Origin: Thermoplasmata archaeon
GTDB lineage: Archaea > Thermoplasmatota > Thermoplasmata > GCA-020350865
Reading direction: 5' to 3'
Assembly: GCA_020348445.1 (NCBI GenBank)
Contig: CP070751.1
Location: 896,138-951,315, forward strand
Length of the DNA: 55,178 nucleotides
Part shown: piece after piece, positions 27,237-37,100 of the stretch
Layout of the letters: every line of letters begins with the position of its first letter
How positions within the stretch are numbered: position 1 is the first letter of the stretch
Program-made: the position numbers and the translations under genes
The notes under the pieces: generated by a model
Seen by the model: only the letters and a program-made list of their open reading frames with translations
Databases searched by the model: none
What the model was told of the DNA's origin: nothing

Positions 27237-28145
27237 ATGGTATTTGATAAAAAGACACTGATTATTCCAGATGAGGCAAAGTTCGAGGAGCACAACATCG
27301 TAGCATCTGGCGATTTCATAATAGGCGATCGTGCAGATTTCGGTCTTGGGGTTATAACTGATGGAAGGGTATTTGTGGGGGAAAAGACACATGTTAAGGG
27401 CAGCATAACCACAAAAGACGACATAAGAATAGACATGTGGACGCATGTTGATGGAAACGTTACTGGGGAGAAGGACGTTTTTCTTGCTGAAAAGGTCAAA
27501 GTAAAAGGAAAGCTATCGGTAGGAAAAGACCTTGATCTTGCGGACTCTGCCGAGATCGAGAAGTTCGAGGCTAGGGGATGGATCAACGTTAGAAGTCCGA
27601 TTTCTCTTGTAATTTATATTTATCTGTACCTATTAGAATTGATGAGGCAGGGAAGGAGCCAGGAGGTTGCCATGATCCTGGACGAGCTCGAGGAGGATGA
27701 TAATGAATTTCTAGTATCGGAAGTGTTCACCTTCGTACCCAACGATTCTGAAATCCAGCTGCAGAGTGCCTCCGTAAAAGGAAACTGCCGCATCGGAGAG
27801 AATTGCAGGATACTGGGCAACTACACTGTCTCAGGTTGGGTGAGGGTGGGAGGCGAGACCAAATTTCACGGTTCGATAAACGCGGGAAGGGACGTGTATA
27901 TTGGTAACGGCTCGGAAATCGTGGGTAGCATAACATCCAAGGGCGAAGTTACCCTCGAAGGGGACGTCCGTATTCATGGAAACGTGAAGGCAAAAAGCGT
28001 AGAGATGTTGAAGAGCACGGTTGTGGACGGTACAATCCAGGCACAGGACGGAGTGACATTCACATCAAAGGAATCAAAGGAGATCGAAGTTAAGGTCGAA
28101 AGGTTCGAAAGAGGCTTGGATGATCTGGATGCGGTTTTAGATTGA
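27237..28145 (+). CDS. Bactofilin-like / polymer-forming beta-helix protein (COG4801-like)
   Basis: Two blocks of (V/I).G.(V/I).A..D(V/I) hexapeptide-like rungs separated by a helical linker. Confidence 0.75.
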   Translation: MVFDKKTLIIPDEAKFEEHNIVASGDFIIGDRADFGLGVITDGRVFVGEKTHVKGSITTKDDIRIDMWTHVDGNVTGEKDVFLAEKVKVKGKLSVGKDLDLADSAEIEKFEARGWINVRSPISLVIYIYLYLLELMRQGRSQEVAMILDELEEDDNEFLVSEVFTFVPNDSEIQLQSASVKGNCRIGENCRILGNYTVSGWVRVGGETKFHGSINAGRDVYIGNGSEIVGSITSKGEVTLEGDVRIHGNVKAKSVEMLKSTVVDGTIQAQDGVTFTSKESKEIEVKVERFERGLDDLDAVLD

Positions 28146-28212
28146 TGATAGGTTCCCCAAAATCCCACCCTCAGAGTTCCTCTTGGCTTTTGCTTAGGTG
28201 AGCTCCAAGGAA

Positions 28213-28374
28213 CACTTTGCCCCTCGGTTATGCTGTTAAATACTAAATCTTAAGTCTAGGGGCTCCTTTACCACTCTGTCGTGGCCTATTCCTTCTTCAT
28301 AATTAACAGATTTATAGACCACTTTGCCCTTAGGTTAAGTAATAGAATGTTGATATCTTAAGCCTAAGGGCTCC
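28213..28374. repeat. Two direct copies (28213-28266 and 28320-28374) of a ~55-bp element with inverted arms and a variable core
   Basis: CACTTTGCCC(C/T)T(C/A)GGTTA(T/A)G - variable AT-rich core - ATCTTAAG(T/C)CTA(G/A)GGGCTCC. Confidence 0.75.
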
Positions 28375-28439
28375 CACCCAATATCATGTACATAAGAATT
28401 AACGATTAGTAAAATACAAAATGCTCACGTGCCTTTCCA

Positions 28440-29543
28440 CTAATCAATATCCACAATCTGGTAATCCTTTTTTCCCATGCCGAGTTTCGCGGCATGGTCT
28501 ACATGGACATAAGGATCACGTCCAGTCAATCCAAACAAAAGGCCTTCTTTGGGATTTAGATTCTCGGCCTTTGAATCTGGAAGTCGTCCTGCATTTTCTA
28601 TAATGTCCAAGGAGGCCTGATCAATTGCCACGATGTCATCGCAAATGATTATGCCCTGATCGTTTATAACAGGGACGTCACTGTGCGGATGGCAGTCGCA
28701 GTGGGGCATTACCTCCATTATGAAGTTGATGTAAATCACCTTGTTGGGCTTGAATGTGTCAAGTGCGGCTTTTGCTGCTTCTGCCATTGCCAATTGGAAC
28801 TCGTCTTGCACAATGGGGAGGTGAAGCGCTTCTTGTTCGCAGACCTCAACACATCTTCTGCATTTGTGGCACATGAAATGATCTATCTCGATTTTATCAC
28901 CCATGGTCATGGCATCGTGGTCACATACCTCAACACAATCGCCACAGAGCTCGCATTTTTCTTCATCCCAAGAAAGCTGTGTATCAATGGAGTGTATCCT
29001 GCCCCTTTCTGATTTGCCGGATCGGGTATTTCCTGGAACCGCCCCCATTGCCAGGTTCTTGATGGCGCCTCCGTATCCTGCCTGGATGTGCCCTTTGCAA
29101 TGGGTCACCACCACCATGGCATCTGCATCAAAGATCTCGGATGCTATTTTCACTTCACCCAATAATTGACCTGCTTTCATTTTTTGATAATTTTTACCAG
29201 ATATGCCGTCGGCCAGAACCACGGGGCAGCCAACGGAGAGGTAGTTGATACCTTCCATGTTTGCTGTTTCCAGGTATTCCAGACCTTCAAGCCTTACGGT
29301 ATCAGTGACAAAAGGTCTTCCCCCAACAGAAGATACAGCCTCCACCACCTTTCTCAGGAAGATAGGCCTTACGATCCTGTGCCCTCCTTCAGAGCCAAAA
29401 TGTGTCTTGATTGCTACATAATCATCCTTGGTAATATGACGTGAAAGATCCATTTTTTTGAGCATTCTCTCGAGTTTAGCAACCATTGATGTCTGATAAC
29501 TAAAATCCATTGATCTTGCAGATGCGAAGTAAATGTTCTTCAA
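28440..29543 (-). CDS. DUF362 domain Fe-S protein with 2x[4Fe-4S] ferredoxin insert (COG2768-like)
   Basis: VAIKTHFG, THCKGH..AGYGGAIKNLAMG, CELCGDCVEVC, CHKCRRCVEVC, P.CDC, D.VAIDQAS.D. Confidence 0.88.
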   Translation of the reverse strand: MKNIYFASARSMDFSYQTSMVAKLERMLKKMDLSRHITKDDYVAIKTHFGSEGGHRIVRPIFLRKVVEAVSSVGGRPFVTDTVRLEGLEYLETANMEGINYLSVGCPVVLADGISGKNYQKMKAGQLLGEVKIASEIFDADAMVVVTHCKGHIQAGYGGAIKNLAMGAVPGNTRSGKSERGRIHSIDTQLSWDEEKCELCGDCVEVCDHDAMTMGDKIEIDHFMCHKCRRCVEVCEQEALHLPIVQDEFQLAMAEAAKAALDTFKPNKVIYINFIMEVMPHCDCHPHSDVPVINDQGIIICDDIVAIDQASLDIIENAGRLPDSKAENLNPKEGLLFGLTGRDPYVHVDHAAKLGMGKKDYQIVDID

Positions 29544-29564
29544 ATACTCACCACCTAATCGATT

Positions 29565-29813
29565 TCACCCTAAGATACGTTTTATTTCCTTTTTCAGTGC
29601 CTTTTTATCGGGCATGCCAGCATGCCACAATTTACCGTCTATCACGATGGCGGGTACCCTTTGAAAGCCCAGGGAAAGAACCCTGTCCTGATGTTCAAAT
29701 GCATTGAGTTCGACGTACTCAACCTGTGGATATTTCTTAAGCACCTTTTTTACCAGCTTTTTAGCAACGGGACATACATGGCATGTGGGATTGTAGAACA
29801 GCTCGATCTTCAT
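29565..29813 (-). CDS. Small thioredoxin/glutaredoxin-like protein (alternative start 29828)
   Basis: IELFYNPTCHVCP (CxxC) and the cis-Pro motif RVPAIVIDG. Confidence 0.9.
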   Translation of the reverse strand: MKIELFYNPTCHVCPVAKKLVKKVLKKYPQVEYVELNAFEHQDRVLSLGFQRVPAIVIDGKLWHAGMPDKKALKKEIKRILG

Positions 29814-29941
29814 TTTCCTTACCATCACGAATTCTATTTTGTATTTTGTGTGTAATATCTTATTTATTATAAAGGAGTTTCTAACACTGTCTCTTATCTA
29901 ATTTTAAATACCTATATCCCCTTTATCAGGCAGGTGATAAA

Positions 29942-30148
29942 ATGGATCCAGCAAAGAAAATCGAGGAAACAGCCAAGGGCACCATGGAGACCCTTGGAAA
30001 AGTCTATGAGAAACTCCCATCCATGAAAGATGTGATAAAGCTGATAGAGAACAAGCAGACCGAGTTTCGGCTGAAGTTCGAGAACCTGACATTGGACGGA
30101 GACATAGCCCTGGCAATAACCTTGATAAAAGAGGAAAAAACCGAGTGA
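29942..30148 (+). CDS. Hypothetical 68-aa protein
   Basis: AGGTGA RBS before the ATG; plausible codon usage. Confidence 0.65.
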   Translation: MDPAKKIEETAKGTMETLGKVYEKLPSMKDVIKLIENKQTEFRLKFENLTLDGDIALAITLIKEEKTE

Positions 30149-30323
30149 GAAATGGATTTTTACTCGGGAAGTATAATCGAATAGATACAATCCGTATGTT
30201 GACGAATCTAACATGTAGTATGTCGTCAATTCGCCCATAACCAAGAATTCGATTTACGTGTTAGCTCATGTAAGTCCCACTCAATCATACAGTTGTGGCT
30301 TACCTATAGAATAGAACCCAGGA

Positions 30324-30815
30324 ATGTGCAGTTCAATGAAAGAATTTGAAAGGCTGATTCGCCTCTGGAATCTCATAAAGGAAGGTTCTGTCGAGTGCGA
30401 ACTATCCCAAGAAAATGAAATGTTATGTGTGCACATCACACGCGATACCGTCACAATCGATATCAAGGATCCGAAAGCCGTTAGGCTGATTTGGCCCATA
30501 ATAATCAATTTCATCAAACCCAAGATGAGCACCAGGGATCATATCGAGGAAAGGGGTTCGTTCATATTGGGAATACTTATGTCTTTCAGGGCCAAAAGAA
30601 AAGGAATCTCCAATTATCTTTCTATTATCCAAGGGCTTGCCGCGCTCTTGGCAGAAAACAGAAAATGTGTTATCATAAAACAGAAAGGAAAGCAGCTTGC
30701 TAAACTCGGTTATGGAGCTGATTCCATGGGCATGCGACTTTTGAATCTCAAACATATTGAAGTAAGCGATCTATCCTCATTAATGGAAATACTGGAGGAT
30801 TCCATGTTGGGATAA
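30324..30815 (+). CDS. Hypothetical protein
   Basis: Fills the gap before pnp; globular-looking composition; no family recognised with confidence. Confidence 0.6.
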   Translation: MCSSMKEFERLIRLWNLIKEGSVECELSQENEMLCVHITRDTVTIDIKDPKAVRLIWPIIINFIKPKMSTRDHIEERGSFILGILMSFRAKRKGISNYLSIIQGLAALLAENRKCVIIKQKGKQLAKLGYGADSMGMRLLNLKHIEVSDLSSLMEILEDSMLG

Positions 30816-30886
30816 TCGCGATCAAGATTTTTTTTATATTTTTAAAAAATGTGTGAAATATTGTATCTTTTATGGCCCATGGTTTT

Positions 30887-33136
30887 TTATCGGTTTCTGC
30901 GGCCTCCCTTTCTCTTGTCGCTTTTCTTATATTTCCAACTACCACCTTTTCTGGGTCCCCCCCGTCTTGGTCTGTCCACATAACCTTCGGGTTTGGGAAG
31001 TAAAACCCTGGCCGAAACATCCACCTTGCCGTTCTCGATCCTGGTGACCTTCACCTTTACTGTATCGCCTAACTTCAGCCTGTCCGTGACCCTCTCCACC
31101 CTACCCCACTCGATCTCCGACACATGCAGAAAACCATCCTGACCGGGAGTGAGGTTGACAAAGGCACCGAAGTTCATGATCTTCACGACCTTTGCCTCAT
31201 CAAATATCTCCCCAACCTCCACCACCCTCACCAATTCCTTGATCGTCCTCTCGGCCTCTTTGGCGCGTTCGGCGTCTGTAGAGGTGATGAGAACCATTCC
31301 ATCATCCTCAATGTCGATCTGAACATCGAGCTCATCAGTAATGGCTCTTATGACCTTGCCTCCAGGGCCAATGACATCGCCGATTTTCTCGGGGTCGATC
31401 ATGAAGAATATGATACGTGGGGCATAGGGTGACAACTCAGCTCTTGGGGTGGAAATGGTCTTTTCCATTGAATCCAGGATTTTGTTCATACCATCCCGCA
31501 TCTGTGAAAATGTGGTATCGATGATGTCCATTGAAAGACCGCGGGTTTTGCTGTCCATCTGAATCGCGGTAATCCCATTTCGGGTGGAGGTGAACTTGAA
31601 ATCCATTCCCCCTGGTCCGTCTTCAAGGTCTTGAAGGTCTGTGAGCACTTTCCATTGTTTGTCATCGGAAGCAAGACCCATGGCTATCCCAGCAACCGAT
31701 TTTTTAATGGGAACACCTGCATCCATCAAGGCCAGGCTAGATCCACAGGTGGCAGCCATGGACGAGGAGCCGTTGGATGCCAGAACTTCGGTTACCACCC
31801 TAACTGTGTACGGAAACTCTTCCTCGGGTGGCAGAACAGGTCTCATGGACTTCTCTGCAAGGGTACCGTGCCCGATCTCGCGTCTTCCCGCTCCTCTAAT
31901 CGGTTTCACTTCGCCAACGCAGTAGGGGAGGAAGTTGTAGTGATGGAAGTACTTCTTAGTGCCGTCTAGCTCCATGGTCTCGATGGAAAGATCGTCACCT
32001 GGTGCACCCAATGTTACCACGGAAAGTACCTGGGTCTCACCTCGGCTGAAAAGGCCGCTTCCGTGGGTTCTAGGCAATACCGCAACCTCTGAGGACAGGG
32101 GCCGAAGCTGGTTTAATTTTCTTCCATCCACCCTCTGATCGCGATCAAGGATGGCTTTTGTGACCTGCTCCTCTATGAACTCATAAAAGAAACCTTCTAT
32201 CAAATTTTCGAGGTATTCTTTTGTGGCCTCTTCGTCTCTCTCAGGCGAGCTGAGCTTTTTAGAAAACTCATCTACCAGCGTTTTCTCAAGCTCCTTTATA
32301 ATCTCTTTTCGCTCCCCCTTTGAACCCTTTGGGGTGTTGAAAAGGTACTTATCAAGATGGGGTATGGCAGCCTTCTTGATACTTTCAATAGTCACTTTTT
32401 CCTCGGGGGAGTAATCTGATTTAAAGATAAGCTCTTCGGATGAGGCCTTTTTCATTCCAACCTCATTCCTGATTTTGTCAAGGAACTGAGCTTGCGGTGC
32501 CATGACCTCCATTGCCATGCCAAGTGCGGATTTCGCTTCCCCGTCCTTAATCTCCCTGGCATCGCATTCGATCATGGTGATACGCTCTCCGTCACCCATC
32601 ACAACCAGCTGCAGGTCTGAGTATTCAAGCTCATCTGCAGTTGGATTCACTATAAAGTGGCCGTTCACCAATCCTATCCTCACCCCCGCCACAGGTCCGT
32701 CGAAGGGGATATTTGAAATATGAACAGCGCAGCACGCAGCTAATATGGCCACGATATCTGGTTTGTTCTCGTGATCCAGGCTTAAGGGCAGGCATATGAC
32801 CTGCACATCGTTTCTCATGTCCTGGGGAAACAGGGGCCGAAGACCGCGGTCTATCATCCTTCCTATGAGAATTGCCTCGTTTGAGGGTCTTCCTTCCCGT
32901 TTTATGAATCTCGGACCTTTTATTCTTCCGGCAGCGAAATACCGCTCCTCAAAATCTACCATGAGGGGAAAGAAGTCCATCCCCTCCCTTGCCTCCTTGG
33001 ACATTGTAGCTGTGGCAAGAATCGTTGTTCCGCCCATCTGGGCAGTCACAGCAGCACCTGCTTGGGATGCCATGCGCCCGTACTCGAATATCACTTTCTT
33101 TCCTGAAAAATCGGTCTCGAATCTCTTGAAAGTCAT
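30887..33136 (-). CDS. pnp: Bacterial-type polyribonucleotide nucleotidyltransferase (PNPase)
   Basis: RFIKREGRPS, RMIDRGLRPLFP, R.DGR, RTHGSGLFSRGETQ, HHYNF.PY.VGE, RREIGHG, SNGSSSMA, ED..GGMDFK, KH (IGPGGKVIRAI) and S1 (FGAFV...DGFLHVSEI). GGTGA RBS before ATG 33136. Confidence 0.97.
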   Translation of the reverse strand: MTFKRFETDFSGKKVIFEYGRMASQAGAAVTAQMGGTTILATATMSKEAREGMDFFPLMVDFEERYFAAGRIKGPRFIKREGRPSNEAILIGRMIDRGLRPLFPQDMRNDVQVICLPLSLDHENKPDIVAILAACCAVHISNIPFDGPVAGVRIGLVNGHFIVNPTADELEYSDLQLVVMGDGERITMIECDAREIKDGEAKSALGMAMEVMAPQAQFLDKIRNEVGMKKASSEELIFKSDYSPEEKVTIESIKKAAIPHLDKYLFNTPKGSKGERKEIIKELEKTLVDEFSKKLSSPERDEEATKEYLENLIEGFFYEFIEEQVTKAILDRDQRVDGRKLNQLRPLSSEVAVLPRTHGSGLFSRGETQVLSVVTLGAPGDDLSIETMELDGTKKYFHHYNFLPYCVGEVKPIRGAGRREIGHGTLAEKSMRPVLPPEEEFPYTVRVVTEVLASNGSSSMAATCGSSLALMDAGVPIKKSVAGIAMGLASDDKQWKVLTDLQDLEDGPGGMDFKFTSTRNGITAIQMDSKTRGLSMDIIDTTFSQMRDGMNKILDSMEKTISTPRAELSPYAPRIIFFMIDPEKIGDVIGPGGKVIRAITDELDVQIDIEDDGMVLITSTDAERAKEAERTIKELVRVVEVGEIFDEAKVVKIMNFGAFVNLTPGQDGFLHVSEIEWGRVERVTDRLKLGDTVKVKVTRIENGKVDVSARVLLPKPEGYVDRPRRGGPRKGGSWKYKKSDKRKGGRRNR

Positions 33137-33658
33137 TTTTTTCACCACTATTTTCACGGGTTTGATATCATCTTTTTTTGTCTGATATAAAGCCAAATGC
33201 GTTTGGTCTGTAAATCCCATGGCTTTCTTGTATATTATATTATTCTATTATATAGGGGATTGGTTGTCTGCTAATAAAAGGTTTACCATTGCCTGGAAAA
33301 TGAAGGGGCACTGGGTATTTAAATGACCCCGACAATGTCCATTGACTTAGAGAGTTCTAAACTTCCGGTATGTATTACTAAGGTGCTCACAGGCAACTTG
33401 GTTGATAATGCGGCAAATCAGGTAATTCGACCCCTGTTTCGGTTTCCAATTAATGATTTAATATAGAGGGCATGTGGATTTATTATACTATTTAAGATTT
33501 TTGCGGAACATTCCACAGAAGATTTATATACAACCTTTAACAGCTGATATTCCAGGGTGAGAATAGCGACTATGCAATCAGATATAACTCCTTATTAACA
33601 GATTCATCCCCAAATATTCTATGGATATATAGCCAAAATGCCTCGATATTTGTGAGGA

Positions 33659-33946
33659 TTGGCAGAAATTCAAAGGCACAACAGTCTTATATCTACAGAT
33701 ATGAGGATTCTCCTCCATCTGTTGAACCATCATGGTTCCACAAGTCAATTTGATGTACCTTTTGAATTAACAAAGATGGGAATTGCTCAGCAGGTCTGTA
33801 TAAGTTATGGATACGCCCCCCGGATTATTAACAAGTTGATTGATGAGGGTTATGTTCAAGAATGCTGTGGACGTATAAAATGTTGTAGGAAAAAACAAAA
33901 ATATTATGTTCTTACAGATAACGGGATAAAATATGCAAGAAAATAA
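33659..33946 (+). CDS. Stand-alone winged-HTH protein homologous to the N-terminus of the 41579 ATPase
   Basis: RILLHLL...PFELTKMGIAQ...PR....L...GYV.E........KQKYY.LTD.G aligns with the N-terminus of 41579..42847. Confidence 0.75.
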   Translation: MAEIQRHNSLISTDMRILLHLLNHHGSTSQFDVPFELTKMGIAQQVCISYGYAPRIINKLIDEGYVQECCGRIKCCRKKQKYYVLTDNGIKYARK

Positions 33947-34177
33947 AAAACGGACTGTCAAACTTTTTGATTACATTGAAACTACCAAATGACACATTAA
34001 AAACAATGAAATTAAAGGATATAACGCTTTATTTAGAGAAAAAGAAACCCTGCTTTGGAATTTCTGAGATGGATATCTATACAATCCTAACAAAAGATTA
34101 TACACCTGACATTGAATCCCTAAAAATATAAAAACAGTTTTTTGACTTTTCTGAGCCAAACGAAAGGTTATGGATTT

Positions 34178-37100
34178 TCATAGAGGTACAACCCAGGTTT
34201 TCTCAACCTTTGAATGAATGTAGTAACCCCTTCCAATCTCGAAGTAATCTGATTCGCCGAGCTTTTCCCATTTCTGAATTTTAGAGTTGTAAGTCCAGAT
34301 CGCATCAACATCCGAACCATAGGTGATGTTGTTCAGTCCCTCAGTTCTGTTATAACTAGTCAGAGAGGGATAACTTACCAGATTCCACCCCGGATAAAGC
34401 GTAATACTTTGGTTTTCAATTGGCTTGGTGCCGTTCCAAACGAAACCCGTCCCTCCAAGCCGGGTGATATAGATCCAAAAGCCCATACTGTGGTCAATAG
34501 TGTGCAAATCGTTCAAGTGAGAAGGCTTTGAGATTTGGTAATGCTTCCAATGGTTAAAGCCATCGGAGGCGTTATACTGCTGTACAGCGTCGTAAAACCC
34601 ATTTATAGAATCTAAAACACTGCTAAGCCCTGTATCAGACTGGATATACGGAATTGAAACCAAGTTCCAGCCCTCATAAAGCGGGAAGCCGACCTCTACA
34701 AATATCTCGGTATGAGATGTGGACATGTTCACATCCCTTGGATTATCCACAAATGTTTTAAATGGATGTGAAACCTCCAGGGTTGTGATGTTTTCTGTGG
34801 CGGTATTGCTCCCATTGTATATTCTATCCGTTATCAATATCCAACGGACAAAACCATCACTGTCAGTTTGTGACTCGCTGCCGCCGAAACCGGTTGTTTG
34901 ATAGATTGGTTCTCCATTATCAGTCACATTAACATCAACCCCCGATATAGGGGTCAGGGTCGCACCCAGCACCGATACATCTAAATAATTCTTGACTGTG
35001 AGATTTGAGTTGCCATCGATGTCCACTTTAGCACCATTAAAACTCGTGTTCAATGTTGTTATTTGGGATTTGCTCCGTATAAAGAAATCAGCTAAACCGG
35101 AATGTGTTATCGTGCTGTTTTCTATTAAATAACTGCTCGATATCGGCCGTATTCCGTATATAGTTGAATTGGTAATCGTGGTATTAACAATGTAAGGAAA
35201 AGCACCGAACGTGTATATTCCAACACTGGTTGTATCAATGATATTGTTTATTATAAGTGGGCTTGACTGGCCTTGGCAGAAGATTGTCCCCGAGGAGGAA
35301 GAATCGAGAAAGCCAAATATCGTGTTATTGCTTATAACCGTATTTTTCCCTTCTTTATGAACGCCAATTGCTCCCCCGCCTTCCGAATTAATTCCTACGA
35401 TGGTATTATTATCTATCAGTATATTTGAATACACATCCATTCCCGCACCATATTGAGCTACCAGGATGTAATTATTTCTGAGCTTACTGTTATATATATT
35501 CTTTTGAAAAATGATGACTGGAGTTCCATCACCATGTTTAATCCCACCTACATAATCAATGCCTCCTGATCCAGCTGTAATCAAAGGATTGTCATGTATA
35601 TCAATAGTATCACCTCCATAGGCATAGATACTTCGCTCGCCATAGCCCCCACCAGCAACTGATGACCCTGCATAATTGTTCCCGCCAGCGCCTCCTCTGA
35701 TAGTAAGGTGCTGGTATTCAGAATTCAAACCGTTACTGATGTAGATAGCATGTGAACCCCGAGGCCAAAGCCAGCCATTGGGATGATAGTCATCTCCACC
35801 TTTTCCTCCCGTGATGGAACCGCCATTGGCAGAGACACCCCCCCAGTTTAAGACATATATTCCATAGCCACCAACATTTGGACAGCTATATTCACCATAA
35901 TTGTCACCGCCCTCACCCCCGGTTATGTTTATGTTCTCAGCATATACAAAAGAATTATCGGAGCGGATGCCGTCGCCTCCTCCTCCAGCTCCTTTTGGTA
36001 TACCTATTTGACTGTCCACATAAATATCACCGCCCTCACCACCTCTGATTTTACTTTCAAATATTAATGCATCCGAACCAGCAAAGGCATAAACACCTTG
36101 ACCACCACCTCCAGCATCCGCTGATGTACCTGTAACTGTATTGTTGCCGCCATCACCACCAGAAATATTGCTGTTTTCAACCGTTATATTCGTAGAATTA
36201 TAGATGAAAATACCGTGGCCTCCACATCCCGCTGTAAGCGGTGGAGATACGAGTGCCCCCACTCCGGTATTATTTCCGCCTTTTCCACCGCTGATATTAT
36301 CGTTATATCTTATATATCCAACACTGCAATAGTAGAGGGAGATACCATTTCCTCCCTTGCCGGCAATCCAACCGCTAACGTAATCGGCGTGGTTGTCCCC
36401 GCCAATGCCACCGGTAATCTTGTTATTTCCCACAACCAGTATTTGGCCTGTTGAGTCGTCATCGCTGATATTGATCCCGTCACCACCCCAGCCTGCGATC
36501 CCGTCTTGCAGTGCGTTGTTATCTCCCCCATCTCCGCCAGTAATGTTCTGATTTTCACTGATATTGATTGCCGGCGGTAAAAGGTAATCGGCGACAGGAG
36601 AGAAGCAAATGGCATGACCACCTGCCCCGGCCCGGCCGTCATTCAAATTGTTATCGCCTCCATTCCCGCCTTTTATTAGATAATTATCCCTGATTTCCAT
36701 TTTCCCGTCAAAATTCTGACATGATATCGCAGCACCACCATCCGGGATTACCGAGCCGCCGAAATCATCACCATCTCCGCCAGTTATATTGTTACCATCG
36801 ATGATTATCGTCCCTGAGGCTGTTCCAGTGCAATTAATTCCGTTGCCTCCAGGTCTAAAAGAGCCTGAAGTTGCATTCCAACCGAAAATATCGCTGTATT
36901 TGATCTCTACGGTTCCCCCATTGACATAAATTCCGGTGGCTAAGTTGTTCGTAATTGTACTCTTGTTTATTGTCACACTGCCATCCATTATTGTTATACC
37001 GCTTCCCGCATACTCGATTAGACAGTTATATATTTCACCGACACCACCGCTAAAGTAAATAGAGTTCCAGTCGCCAGCGTCTGGAGGTGCACCATTGGAC

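Noticed and set aside
28213-28374. CRISPR array or integron attC site
   Set aside because: Only two copies; the variable part lies inside the palindrome rather than between repeats; no cas or integrase gene; no RYYYAAC/GTTRRRY ends.
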